Source: Laetmonice hystrix
Lineage: Eukaryota
Reading direction: 5' to 3'
Assembly (NCBI GenBank): GCA_965235115.1
Contig: OZ249436.1
Span: forward strand, 29,886,001 to 29,950,000
DNA length: 64,000 nt
The position numbers and the translations under genes are program-made. The notes below the pieces were generated by a model, which made no database searches, had not been told where the DNA came from, and was given only the letters and a program-made list of their open reading frames with translations. The first letter of the stretch is position 1. Each line of letters begins with the position of its first letter. Positions 12,301 to 23,585 of this stretch are shown here, piece after piece.

Positions 12301-15300
12301 CACTCGAACAGGCCACAGCTGGAAAAGTCTCTAAGGACAAGGTAATTTGGACGGATGAGCTGAGGTCGGCATTCTGCAAAGTGCAAGCAAGTCTCAAGGA
12401 CAACAAAGTGATCACCATGCCAAGACCCAATGATCATCTGTGGATCGTAACGGATGCCTCAGTGAGGGAACACGGTATCGCAGCCACCCTGTATGTGTTA
12501 CGTGGTGGCAAACTCCTATTGGCTGGGTTTTTCAATGCTAAACTGAAGAAACACCAAGTTACATGGCTACCATGTGAGGTTGAGGCTCTCTGCATCGCGA
12601 CACCTATCAAACACTTCGCACCTTACATTATACAGTCGAGGAACACTACTCAAGTCCTTACTGATAGCAGACCGTGCGTACAGGCATACTCTAAGCTTCA
12701 GCGAGGAGATTTCTCTGCCAGTGCCAGAGTCACCACATTTCTCTCTATCACCAGTAGATACCACACCACTGTCAGGCACATTGCTGGAGTTGCAAATCTC
12801 CCCTCTGACTATACCAGTAGGCATCCACCAACATGTCCGGAGCAACAGTGCCAGGTGTGTAAGTTTGTGCATGAGGTGGAGGATTCTGCTGTCAGGCAGT
12901 TGACTGTTCAGGATGTGATGCAGGGATCAGGTAAAATGCCCTTCTTGAGTCGCGTGGCCTGGCAGGCTACACAGCAAGAGTGCAGCGACCTGCGCCGCAC
13001 ACATGCCCACCTATCTCAGGGCACCCGTCCCACCAAGAAGGCCACAAGGATTGCAGATGTTAAGAGATACCTGAGAGATGTCATGATTGCCGGTGATGGT
13101 TTGCTTGTAGTGAGGTCTGAGCTACCATTTCTGCCGGCTAGGGAGAGGATTGTTGTACCACGGGCTGTCCTCCATGGCTTACTCACAGCCCTGCACCTCA
13201 GACTTACACACCCTTCTCAGTACCAAATGAGGCAGGTGTTCAACAGATACTTTTACGCACTGGATGTAGATGGTGCTTTGCAAGATGTCTGCTCCTCATG
13301 CCATCATTGTGTGTCCTTAAAGTCTGTGCCACGCCATTTGCAGCCTCAGTCAACCTGTGCACCTCCTGACAGAATGGGGGCATCCTTCAGCCTCGATGTC
13401 ATGCGTCGGTATAAGCAGTATGTTCTCATGCTCAGGGAAACTGTGTCCTCCTACTCATTAACCGCTCTTATTGAGAACGAACGTCGTGATACCTTGAGGG
13501 ATGCCATGATAGTGCTGCTCGCCGATGCTCGCACACTAGGTGATGGCTCAGTCACCATCCGTGTGGACTCCGCTCCTGGCCTTGCGTCACTCGTCTGTGA
13601 CCCGTTGCTGAGTCAACATAACATTGTTGTTGAGACTGGAAGGGTGAAAAACATAAACAAGAACCCTGTGGCTGAGCATGCCATTCAGGAGCTTGGTCAG
13701 GAATGCCTTCACCTGTCGCCGGAGGGTACCCCTCTTTCAAAAGTGACCCTGGCCCTCGCCACTGCCAATATGAATGCCAGGATAAGGGCAGGGGGCCTGT
13801 CCGCCCGTGAGATATGGACCCAAAGGGATCAGATGTCTGGCGAGCAGTTACCCATTGATGACCGCCAACTTATCCTCAGACAGCATTTTGCGAGGACCCA
13901 GAACCATGCTTTCAGTGCGAAATGTAAGTCTCATGGTAAAGGGCCTGCAGTCTTGCCAGCTATTGCGGTTGGGGATCTTGTATATCTCACCATGGACAGG
14001 GACAAAACCAAAGCGCGGGATAGGTACATGGTTACAAGTATCAATGATGACTTCTGTCAGGTTCGCAAGTTCTCCAATAGTGGGGCGGATAATCAAACCA
14101 ATTGTGCATTTTGTGATAAAAGCATGAGAATTTTCACAGAGTAACCTGGGACCATACTCTTTAATTTAAGATAGGGAGGCATCCTGGATCCTGCCTGTGA
14201 GGCCTGTTTTAGCGTTTTGTTGCCTAGCAACAGTAACATGCTTAGCAACTGGCCTCATATGGTTCCAAGGAGATAAAGAAACACACCTACCCACACTATA
14301 GTCATATCATGGGTTAACATGGTAACATCAATTATTCCATAATACCAGCCCGTTGCCTAGCAACAGATCTTGGGTGTGAGACCTCCTTAGCAACGGGCTA
14401 CCCCATCCTGATAAATGTAGCTTTCAGTAGAGAAATCATAACAAGACGATGTCCAGTGTCTTACTGTTCATTTACATACATGTGTAGTCTTACAGTTGCC
14501 TAGCAACGGAGCTTGAATGACTCAGTTGGGGGGGTTTTCTTCATATGGAGAGGCATCCAGAATCCTCCTCATATGAAGCTGGGCACCAGTTAGGAAAATT
14601 ACATAACTATGCGACTTGGCATCAGCTTTGCTTGGCTTCATATAGCTGCAAGGAGAAAAAGAAACATACCTACCCACACTAACGTCGTATCACCGGTTAA
14701 CCTGGTAACATTAGTCATTCCATAACAGCAGCCCGTTGCCTAGCAACAGTAACATGCTTAGCAACTGGCCTCATATGGTTCCAAGGAGAAAAAGAAACAC
14801 ACCTACCCACACTAAAGTCACATCATGGGTTAACATGATAACATCAATTATTCCATAACACCAGCCCGTTGCCTAGCAACTGACCTTGGGTCTGAGACTT
14901 CCTTAGCAACGGGCTACCCCAACCTAATAAATGTAGCTTTGAGCAGAAAAATCAGACAAAAACGATGTCCAGTGCAACTGTAGTCATGTGTAATCTTAGT
15001 TACCTAGCAACGGAGCTGGATAACGCAGCTCTGTTTTTTTAGGTAAGGAGGCATTAGGAACTCCTTATATGAGGCTAGGCACCAATTAGGGAAATTGTGT
15101 AATGCACTAATAGCTTTGCAAAAATCTATGTCTGAAATTCTGCGCCCAGTTGTAGGCAAATGTATCAGCAACAAGCAGCAAAGTGACTCCGACCTGTAAT
15201 TAAAGTGCGAGGGAGTGACGAAAAGATATCTTCCAACTACAGGACAAGAACAAAATACATGAATATTTTAATATCTAACAAGCTTGTAAAGCTTATAACC

Positions 15301-15399
15301 CCCACTAAGAACTATGGATTCTTGAAGAAACGATGATCTTTGAGGGGCAAAGAAAAATTGTTAAATGAAACTTCGTATGTACTTCGTCTGCATCTTAGT

Positions 15400-16340
15400 A
15401 ACTATGCAGTTATGTACAGTTTGATAGCGTTATGCGATATGAAGTGTTTTGTAGATCCAGGCAATTGCAAATGCAATTGGAGGTTGACCCTCATGTCTTC
15501 TGTCACCAAGAACGAAGTCCTGAAAATGTCAGAGTTATTGCTTCGAATTTCTTCATAACCAAGATGGCCACCAAGCAACCATTTTTTAATATATGTTTGA
15601 CCTGTGTCCTCCGTAGACTGTCCCTGGTTATTATGCAATGTTTCATGCAAGATTAGATGTTGTTATCTTCAACTGGTTTGGCGGTACAGGCTATTAAAAT
15701 ATGCATGACCTTGATTGCCCTTGCAAGATCGCTCAAGCTCATGGGAAATGGCGCCATATGAAACTTCATATACCACTTCCTATCTGTCAATAATAGTCTT
15801 GCACCGTTTTCGAGATATGAGCCCAAACAGTGTTATTGGGGGGAGTAAAAATATCAATGTGGCCGCAATGTCGCCATATTTGCTCTGATCTGGGAATACA
15901 TTGCCATATACATTGCCCCTCATATGCACCTCCTTTCCGCCAAATTTGAAAGAAATCGGTATCGTTTTGTCTGAGTTATTGCTCCAAATGTGATTATATT
16001 CAAGATGGCCACCACGCAGCCATTTTGACTGATGTCAAAAATATCTTTGACCTGCCTCATCCTTTGACTGTCCCTGATTATTAGGTAATGTTTCATGCAA
16101 GATTATGTCGTTATCTTTAACTGTTTTGAAGATCCAGGCTATTGAAAATATGCATGACCTTGATTGACATTTCAAGGTCGCTCAAGGTCATGGAAAATGG
16201 CGCTAAATGAAACTTCATATATGACTTTCTATCTATCAATAGTAGTAACTATTGCGTCAAGCTTGCGCCGTTTTCGAGATATAAGCCAAAGCAGTGTCAT
16301 TGTGGGGGTCAAGAAACAAATATGGCCGCCGGAGGGCGAA
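15400..16340 (+). repeat. Diverged direct repeat with a unit of about 445 bp, inside the Academ element
   Basis: aagatggccacca at about 15561 and 16002; aaaatatgcatgaccttgattg at about 15696 and 16146. Confidence 0.65.
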
Positions 16341-16410
16341 TTATAAGCCCCCCGTTCTGGGGGCTAAAGAAAGCCCTGAAATTACACCAATTACCATGAA
16401 TGATGATGGT

Positions 16411-17005
16411 ATCAGGGCACTCTCCCCTGGACATTTGCCCCGGATATCTGCCCCCAGACATTAGCCCCCGTAGGACCTTTGCCTCCCTATAGGACATGAG
16501 CCCCCCCCCCCCGACATTCACCCGCCAGACATTAGCCCCCGTAGGACTTTTGCCCTCCTAGGACATCTGCCCTCCCAGACATTCACCCCCCAGATATTCA
16601 CCCCTCCCCCCCGACATTAGCCCCTGTAGAACTTTTGGCCCTCTAGGACATCTGCCCCCCAGACATTCACCCCCGGAGATTGCATCCATGGAACTAGGAT
16701 ATTCCCCACACACCTGTGCCTGCGCGGAGGGGTTAGGACAGGGTTAGAGTAGAGTTAGGGTTAGGGTTAGGGTTAGGTTAGGGTCCTAGGGGGGCAGAAG
16801 TACTCCGGGGGTTAATGTATGGGGGCAGATTTCCTAGAGGGCAGAAGTCCTAGGGGGTTAATGTATGGGGGCAGATTTCCTAGATGAGCAGAAGTCCTAC
16901 GGGGGCTAATGTCCGGGAGGGGTGAATGTCTGGGGGGGGGGGGGGCAGATGTCCTAGAGGGGTAGGAGTTCTAGGGGGGCAAATGTCCGGGGGAGAATTG
17001 TCCCC
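16411..17005. mobile_element. Fold-back MITE with C-rich/G-rich minisatellite arms and an internal (TTAGGG)n tract
   Basis: Ends gggcactctcccctggacatttgcccc / ggggcaaatgtccgggggagaattgtccc; ttagggttagggttaggg at about 16755-16783. Confidence 0.65.
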
Positions 17006-17590
17006 TTGCATTTGCATGCCCTCTTGCATTTGCATAAGATGCGGCATCCCTTTTTGCAGCCACAGGAAAGCAGCTCCTGGTGCTTTTGCTTCTTCAGGAA
17101 GGGTTGTCCAGTTTGGATGGTACAGTCCGTCTCCATTCTTCATCCATCCCCACGGCCAGGTAATAGGCGAAGAAAGCTCAGACCTGTGCGGAATCCTGTG
17201 TCTGACCCCATGTGCCCAGCTTGTTAGGCAGCTCTCCTGACGTGTTGCATAGTTAGATGGAATTGCTGCTGGAGTGGTGATATCTTCTTTGGGAACATTC
17301 TTTTATGGTTTCATTGACATAAGTAAAGTGCAGCTGTACATGAGTATGACAAATCTAGCTGGTACTCATACTAGACACAGGATTCTACACCTGAGCTTCC
17401 GTCGCCTCTTACCTTGGGATGGATGAAGAGTGGAGAGTTAGACGGACTGCACCATCCAAACTGGACAACACTTCCTGAAGAAGCAAAAGCATGAGCTACT
17501 TTGCTGTGGCCCGTATCTATGCAAATGCAAGAGGGCTGCTCTGTAATGCACTTCCCTGTCTTTATGTGGAGGAGAGTGCTCAGAGAACTG
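17006..17590. pseudogene. Two inverted remnants of an Academ transposase 3' end (minus about 17006-17290; plus about 17372-17590)
   Basis: Both encode ...WGWMK.G...HPNWTTLPEEAKA...C.CKRA... in opposite orientations. Confidence 0.75.
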
Positions 17591-18068
17591 ACTATGTCTA
17601 TGATGTCCTTCTTTCTCATAAGAAAGTACTCTATCATAAATTATGACGTGAATTTTTCATACTCAGAAGTAAAATACATACTTACACAGTCGTGCCCAAA
17701 GCATACTAATCACAGAATAAATTTATACTTCTGCAGCAGCAGATGACATGATAAACAATACATTAAAAGACGCATTTAGAGTGTTTTCTAATTCCTTTGA
17801 AACAATTATTTGGTTCTGTATGATTATACGTTTCTGTATTGACTGTGTCTCAAAATACTATTCCTAAGTCTTTTCGCCACCTCCTTGCACTTTAAATCAA
17901 TAGTCGGGGTCACCCTGTAGCTTGTGATACCAAGCAGTTATGTCATTGCCCTAACTGGTGCCTAGCCTAAAAAAAAAGAGTTCCTGGTGCCTCTTTATCT
18001 AAAAAAACACAGCTGCGTCATCTAAGCTCCGTTGCTAGGCAATAGTAAGATATGAATGTGCACAGTGA

Positions 18069-18524
18069 CAGTGGCGGATCCGGGGGGGGGGGGTCAGGGG
18101 GTCCGCACCCCCTCGCCTCAAGTGCCCTTTTCTCTCCCCACAAGTGCCTTTTTTATTTTACGAAAGATTTTTAAAATTTAAATGTCCAATTGTCTAGGCT
18201 TATTATACCCTTAAAGGCTGGTCTATATCGCGTATTTGGCACTGTCATTTTAATTTTTTTCTGGGGGAGGACCCCCAGACCCCCCCCCCCCTATAGATGG
18301 CTTCGTGCCTTCGGTGCTCGCATCATGGAGGACACCCCCTTCACCAAATTCCTGGATCCGCCCCTGACTGTCCCCACACTCAGAAATTTCTAACTACGGC
18401 TTGTTGATATGTGCATAGGCCTATATGCCACTTTTATTTGACTGTCTAGGCTACTCACTGGGGGAGGGGGGATTGAGAAAGTGCCATTTTTCCATAGCCC
18501 CCCCCCCCCGTCTTAAAAATCCTG
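18069..18524. mobile_element. CAGTGGCGGATCC-type MITE(s) interrupting the right Academ arm
   Basis: TIR cagtggcggatcc (18069) / ggatccgcccctg (about 18366). The block is absent from the left arm; AGTGA flanks both sides of the whole block. Confidence 0.6.
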
Positions 18525-20404
18525 AGTGACTGAGACACTGGACATCGTTTTAGTCTGGTTTCTCTGCTTAAAGCTACATTTATTAGGTTGGGGTAGCCCG
18601 TTGCTAAGGAAGTCTCAGACCCAAGATCTGTTGCTAGGCAACGGGCTGGTGTTATGGAATAATTGATGTTACCATGTTAACCCATGATATGACTTTAGTG
18701 TGGGTAGGTGTGTTTCTTTTTCTCCTTGGAACCATATGAGGCCAGTTGCTAAGCATGTTACTGTTGCTAGGCAACGGGCTGCTGTTATGGAATGACTAAT
18801 GTTACCAGGTTAACCGGTGATACGACGTTAGTGTGGGTAGGTGTGTTTCTTTTTCTCCTTGCAGCCATATGAAGCCAAGCAAAGCTGATACAAAGTCGCG
18901 TAGTTATGTCATTTTCCTAACTGGTGCCTAGCTTCATATAAGGAGGATTCCTGATGCCTCTCTATATGAAGAAAACCCCCCAACTGAGTCATTCAAGCTC
19001 TGTTGCTAGGCAACAGTAAGACTACACATGTATGTAAATGAACAGTAAGACACTGGACATCGTCTTGTTATGATTTCTCTACTGAAAGCTACATTTATCA
19101 GGATGGGGTAGCCCGTTGCTAAGGAGGTCTCACACCCAAGATCTGTTGCTAGGCAACGGGCTGGTATTATGGAATAATTGATGTTACCATGTTAACCCAT
19201 GATATGACTATAGTGTGGGTAGGTGTGTTTCTTTATCTCCTTGGAACCATATGAGGCCAGTTGCTAAGCATGTTACTGTTGCTAGGCAACAAAACGCTAA
19301 AACAGGCCTCACAGGCAGAATCCAGGATGCCTCCCTATCTTAAATTAAAGAGTATGGTCCCAGGTTACTCTGTGAAAATTCTCATGCTTTTATCACAAAA
19401 TGCACAATTGGTCTGTATATTTGGTCTTAACTGCCCCACTACAAGTCACAGTTCCGCTCAAGGTCATATGATGTGAAGCTCACTGAGTGTTTCCCAGTGA
19501 TACCCAACTACCTTGCACAGTCTCCTCGAGGTCCCATCCGCGGATTGGATGATCAGACGTGCACAGACTGTGTGGCAGATCAAGATGTTGAAGTGGCGAC
19601 GCATCCACCTGTGCTGTTAGAGTCCAGCCAGCAGGAGCATGTGGTCAGTCAGGGCCCTGAAAACCCCCACCCTTGCCTCCAGAGATAGTTCGACCCCCGG
19701 CCGACCCGGGCTCTACATCACATAGAGACCACATGGATTGTTCTGTTATTGTTGATAGTGGCACTGATCTGAATAATACTGTGGTGGAGACTGATGTTGA
19801 TGTACTGGATACTGTCAACACTACCGACAACGGGCCTACTGCAGCCCCAATGCCCAGTCGACATTCACTCAGACAGAGGGTTGCTCCTACCTGGCAGCGA
19901 TCAGGGGACTGGGTATTACAGTAATTTGTGTGAGGCCATGATACACACCTATTTACACTATATTATGTTATTAGCTGTGCACTTAGTGTGGCCTGATGCC
20001 ACTTGATACCCATTTGTAGTTATAGGTTGCCATGCTCATTCATGATTAAGGGCATATAGTAACCTTTATTGACTTAGACTGACTTTGCTCTCAATGGAGC
20101 CACGCAGGTGTTCTTCAGTTTCAACCTTTATATGAGACAGTGACTAAATACACTCGTAGCCTATCTGGGTTCCTCGTATAGTAAACCCACTTCAGTGGGA
20201 TTATCTAGTGTTCTAGTGTAACATCACTAATTAGTTTTCATTCAATTTATAGAATGTATCTTTTCTGTCATTGATCAAAGTGTAGTTTCGGCACCATCTG
20301 TTTACGGTGTCTAGTACAGTTGTTTTACTTTTCTTGTTTAGATACATACATATACCTTTGATTTCCTCGCGTGTAGGGGGGGATGTATGTTAGGGGGGAT
20401 AGAC

Positions 20405-20575
20405 GGTAGGGGGAAAAGGGGGCTACGCCACCTGGTGGTTGTTCATGTATCCGATAGGGGGCGCGACCTCTGCGTCTCGGTCTCCTGGCGGGATATCGAC
20501 CTGTTGTACGATTATTCCTCGGCATTAAAAGTTGTCCAGTACTTGTACAGGAGTACCCACACAATCTGGTTGTCG
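20405..20575 (+). repeat. Polypurine tract (about 20405-20422) plus 3' LTR (20426-20575)
   Basis: ggtagggggaaaagggggcta directly precedes the second LTR copy. Confidence 0.9.
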
Positions 20576-22298
20576 GACCGTCAAATGAAACACCCGCTCA
20601 CTCGACAATCCTACGAGGAGCTATACACACAAACTATGAAACGTGAGAGTGATTTGAAAGGTCGAGGATACAATGTGGTGTCCATCTGGGAATGTGATTT
20701 TCACCGTGAAATGAAAGAAAACTCGGTCTTGTCCGACTTTGTCAAAACTTTAGACATTCAGTTTCGTCTGAACCCGAGGGATTCCCTCTTTGGAGGCCGA
20801 ACAGAGGCGACACGGTTAATGTACTAAACACGTGACGACGAACACATTAAATATGTTGACTTTACGAGTTTATATCCGTATGTCAACAAGTACTGTGAAT
20901 ACCCTGTCGGTCACCCTGAAATTATTACACAACCTGGAAATGATTTAAATTCCTATTTCGGCATGGCCGAGATTAAAATCCTACCCCCACGGAACTTATA
21001 CCATCCCGTCCTCCCTTATCGATCTGTTCAGACGATGACCGGTGTCTGTTGGGTACGTGGTGTACTCTGGAAATACAAAAAGCAGCTGAAAAAGGCTATG
21101 TCATTGTAAAAGCCTACGAGGTATATCACTGGCATTAGCATTCCATCGTAAAAAGTCCTGGCTTAAGATCCCTTACCAAGTTGTGCCTCAACTCGTTCTG
21201 GGGTAAGTTTGGGCAGCGTCTCAACATGCCCCAATCCGAGTTCATACACGGTTCACAACCAGAACGTTTTTTTCCTTGTTATCAGATCCAACTGTGACTG
21301 TAATTGACTTCATGATTGTAAACGAAAATGTAATCCATTTGAAATGCGAATGGATATAATGGTCGTGTAAAGCGGGCTATCCACATATAAGCGATTTTAC
21401 CCCAAAACGACGATATAGCGTCAGTCGCCCTGGTGGATATTCGAAGCGCCAATGAAAGGATGCACTCTCCGCCGCAAGATGTCACTGCTGTCTGTCTGCT
21501 ACGCGCAATGTCTCATGGGAGATTGGAAAGGATGGTCAAGACGTTTCAACGGTTGACCTTCAAACAAAGAAGTTTCAGTGGTCTATATCATGATATATGT
21601 TCTTGACACATGGCCCTATTATTTACCATTGGGCCTTTCTGAAAATCAACGTGATCAAACGAAATTGTTTTTACATCTTATGTGACCTTTTAGACTTGTA
21701 CCAAGTAGGCTACCAATGCTTAATTTTTCAGTAGTCAGGCTGATAGATCCATTTCAACGTCAGATTGGCCTATATTTTGATTATTGTGTTTAACTTCTGA
21801 TACACTCGACTGTATACATTAAAGGGCCCTCCCAAAAAAAATATGTCTGCATTGGGGTTCTCCGATAATATCCTCTACCTTTCTGTGTGGTCTTGGCATA
21901 AATAAATAGCCTAAATTCTAAAAGTCGCCAAATCTTATTTCAGCCCGAAAATAACCTACTTAGCTTCCGAGACCCCGGGAGTTGTTTTTCATATTCCTAT
22001 GAATATTGACAGCTTTATTCTCGGGAAAATCACAGCTTTTTTTAAATTCTAGGACTTCATTCGTTGCGCACAGTTACCAAAGTTGTGTTCTGCACCACAA
22101 CAACATAACGATCCGTTGAAACGGTGGCTTTCATTGCGTTTGCGTGCACTCGACTAGTTTTTGTAATGTTTTCCACCATTAGGGGGTTATTTCACAGCTT
22201 GTTCACTTGTTCTTATCTCTCTGTTCTTATCTCAAGGCGCTTTAATTTACCATTGGACCTTTCTGGGAATCAAAATTTAATGAAATTACGGTATCTAA

Positions 22299-23585
22299 AG
22301 CCCCAGTCCCACCAAAGCCGAATTAGCTACGACGTGTCACGATCTGATAAATCGTGTAGAATCGGGAAAGGTCCTAACTCGGTCGTAGAGTAGTCTTGAT
22401 AGATCCTCATAGGTCGCGACAATTTTGAACTGTTCAAAACAATCGGCATTGGTCGGGAAAAAGCTCAGATCGGGGCTATATCGTAGGTCAAACGTTGCTC
22501 AGTCGGGAATATAGTCGGGGAACAATCGGGATAGTTCGTTGTTCAGTCCTGGTTTATCGTAGGACAATTGCCAGAAAATTAAGCCCCAGTCCCACCAAAG
22601 CCGATTGTACTACGTTCCATGCCGTTCTATCAAGATCTAAAATTTATTTTAAGTCGTGATGAATCGTGATGAAATAATGACAACCCGAAGACCTAGCTAC
22701 GAATTGTCACGTTCAACGGCGACTGGGCAACGGTTTTCCAAAGATCTCTCAACGATCACGCTGCGTGCTATCATGTTCTATCTCGACATCCCCCCGACCT
22801 TGCCGACCTATGCAGATTGAGCTACGTCCAATCAAGAACCCGACCCGATGTTTGACCAACGATGTAGCAACGTTCTATGCCGTCTGAGCCCCAGCCGAGC
22901 TACGACCTGTCCCGATGACGTCAGGGCTAGATCTAGGAAATGTCTGGCGATTGTCCTACGATCAACCAGGACTGAACAACGAACTATTCCGATTGTCCCA
23001 CGACTATTCCCGACTGAGCAACGTTTGACCTACGGTATATCCCCGATTTGAGCTTTTTTTTCCGACCAATGCCGATTGTTTTGAACAGTTTAAAATTGTC
23101 GGGGTGCAATCGTGGCCTATCCTGACCTATGAGGATCTATCAAGACTACTGCACGACCGAGTTAGGACCTTTCCCGATTCTACACGATTTATCAGATCGT
23201 GACACGTCGTAGCTATCTCGGCTTTGGTGGGACTAGGGCTTTAGCCCTGATCTAGACCTGATGTCATCGGGACAGGTCGTAGCTCGGCTGGGGCACGGCA
23301 TAGAACGTTGCTACATCGTTTGTCAATCTTGGTATAGGTCGCCATACATCGGGCCGAGATCTTGATAGGTCGAAGCTCAATCTGCATAGGTCGGCAGTGA
23401 ACGTTGCTTTAGTCGTTGCGCTGTCGGGAAGGTCGGGCCGATGTCGGGATAGAACATGATAGATTCGTAGCTAGGTCTTCGGGTTTTCTTGATTTCATCA
23501 CGATTCATGACGACTTAAACTAAATTTCAGATCTTGATAGAACGGCATAGAACGTCGTACAATCGGCTTTGGTGGGACTGGGGCT
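22299..23585. mobile_element. PIF/Harbinger MITE (TSD TAA) containing an inverted copy of the same family at 22582-23240 (TSD TTA)
   Basis: TIR agccccagtcccaccaaagccg at all four ends. Empty site ggtatcTAAtgggcc in copy B at about 49303. Confidence 0.9.

Larger units (their letters stand above)
14078..19441. mobile_element. Non-autonomous Academ-like DNA transposon with roughly 1-kb inverted arms
   Basis: Termini TAGTGGGGC...GCCCCACTA and 3-bp TSD CAA (14075-77, 19442-44). Removal restores RKFSKSQFRSRSYDVKLTECFP. Internal transposase C-terminal remnants WG..WTTLPE..K...LLSCGCKKGC...CKCKRA. Confidence 0.85.
9541..19924 (+). pseudogene. gag-pol polyprotein of the Troyka-like element (segments 9541-10878, about 10870-11648, 11652-14077, 19445-19924)
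   Basis: Zn knuckle C..CKTAGR....H....C; protease LDTGA; RT TDLRKSFYQI...MGMPGSE...KIADDL; RNase H VTDAS/EVEAL/TDSRP; integrase H..H..C..C, LDV, VDSAPG, NKNPVAE. Lesions: a 1-nt frameshift at about 10870, TGA at 11646, and an Academ insertion at 14078. Confidence 0.9.
9149..20575 (+). mobile_element. Full-length Gypsy-like LTR retrotransposon with CG...CG LTRs and 3-bp TSD (Troyka-like)
   Basis: Two 150-bp direct repeats. GAC at 9146-48 and 20576-78; the empty site is readable in copy B (tttccccgaccatcaaatg). Domain order is gag-PR-RT-RH-IN. Confidence 0.92.
6180..21345 (+). pseudogene. Protein-primed family-B DNA polymerase (pPolB) pseudogene of Polinton/Maverick type, copy A; coding parts about 6180-9148 and 20579-21345, split by an LTR element
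   Basis: Exo motifs FFDFEATQ, VLAHN, IDTLNF...KLAALPKAFGL..KKGWFPH and YCVSDV.IL. Internal nuclease-like block LDGFD..TNTAYEFYGCIFHGCP.C. Pol motifs PRDS.FGGRTE, YVDFTSLYP and KLCLNSFWGKFGQ. Many frameshifts and deletions; the C-terminal DTDS motif is absent. Confidence 0.9.

Noticed and set aside
16740..16790. True telomere or chromosome fusion site
   Set aside because: Only a few units on one strand, embedded within a MITE.
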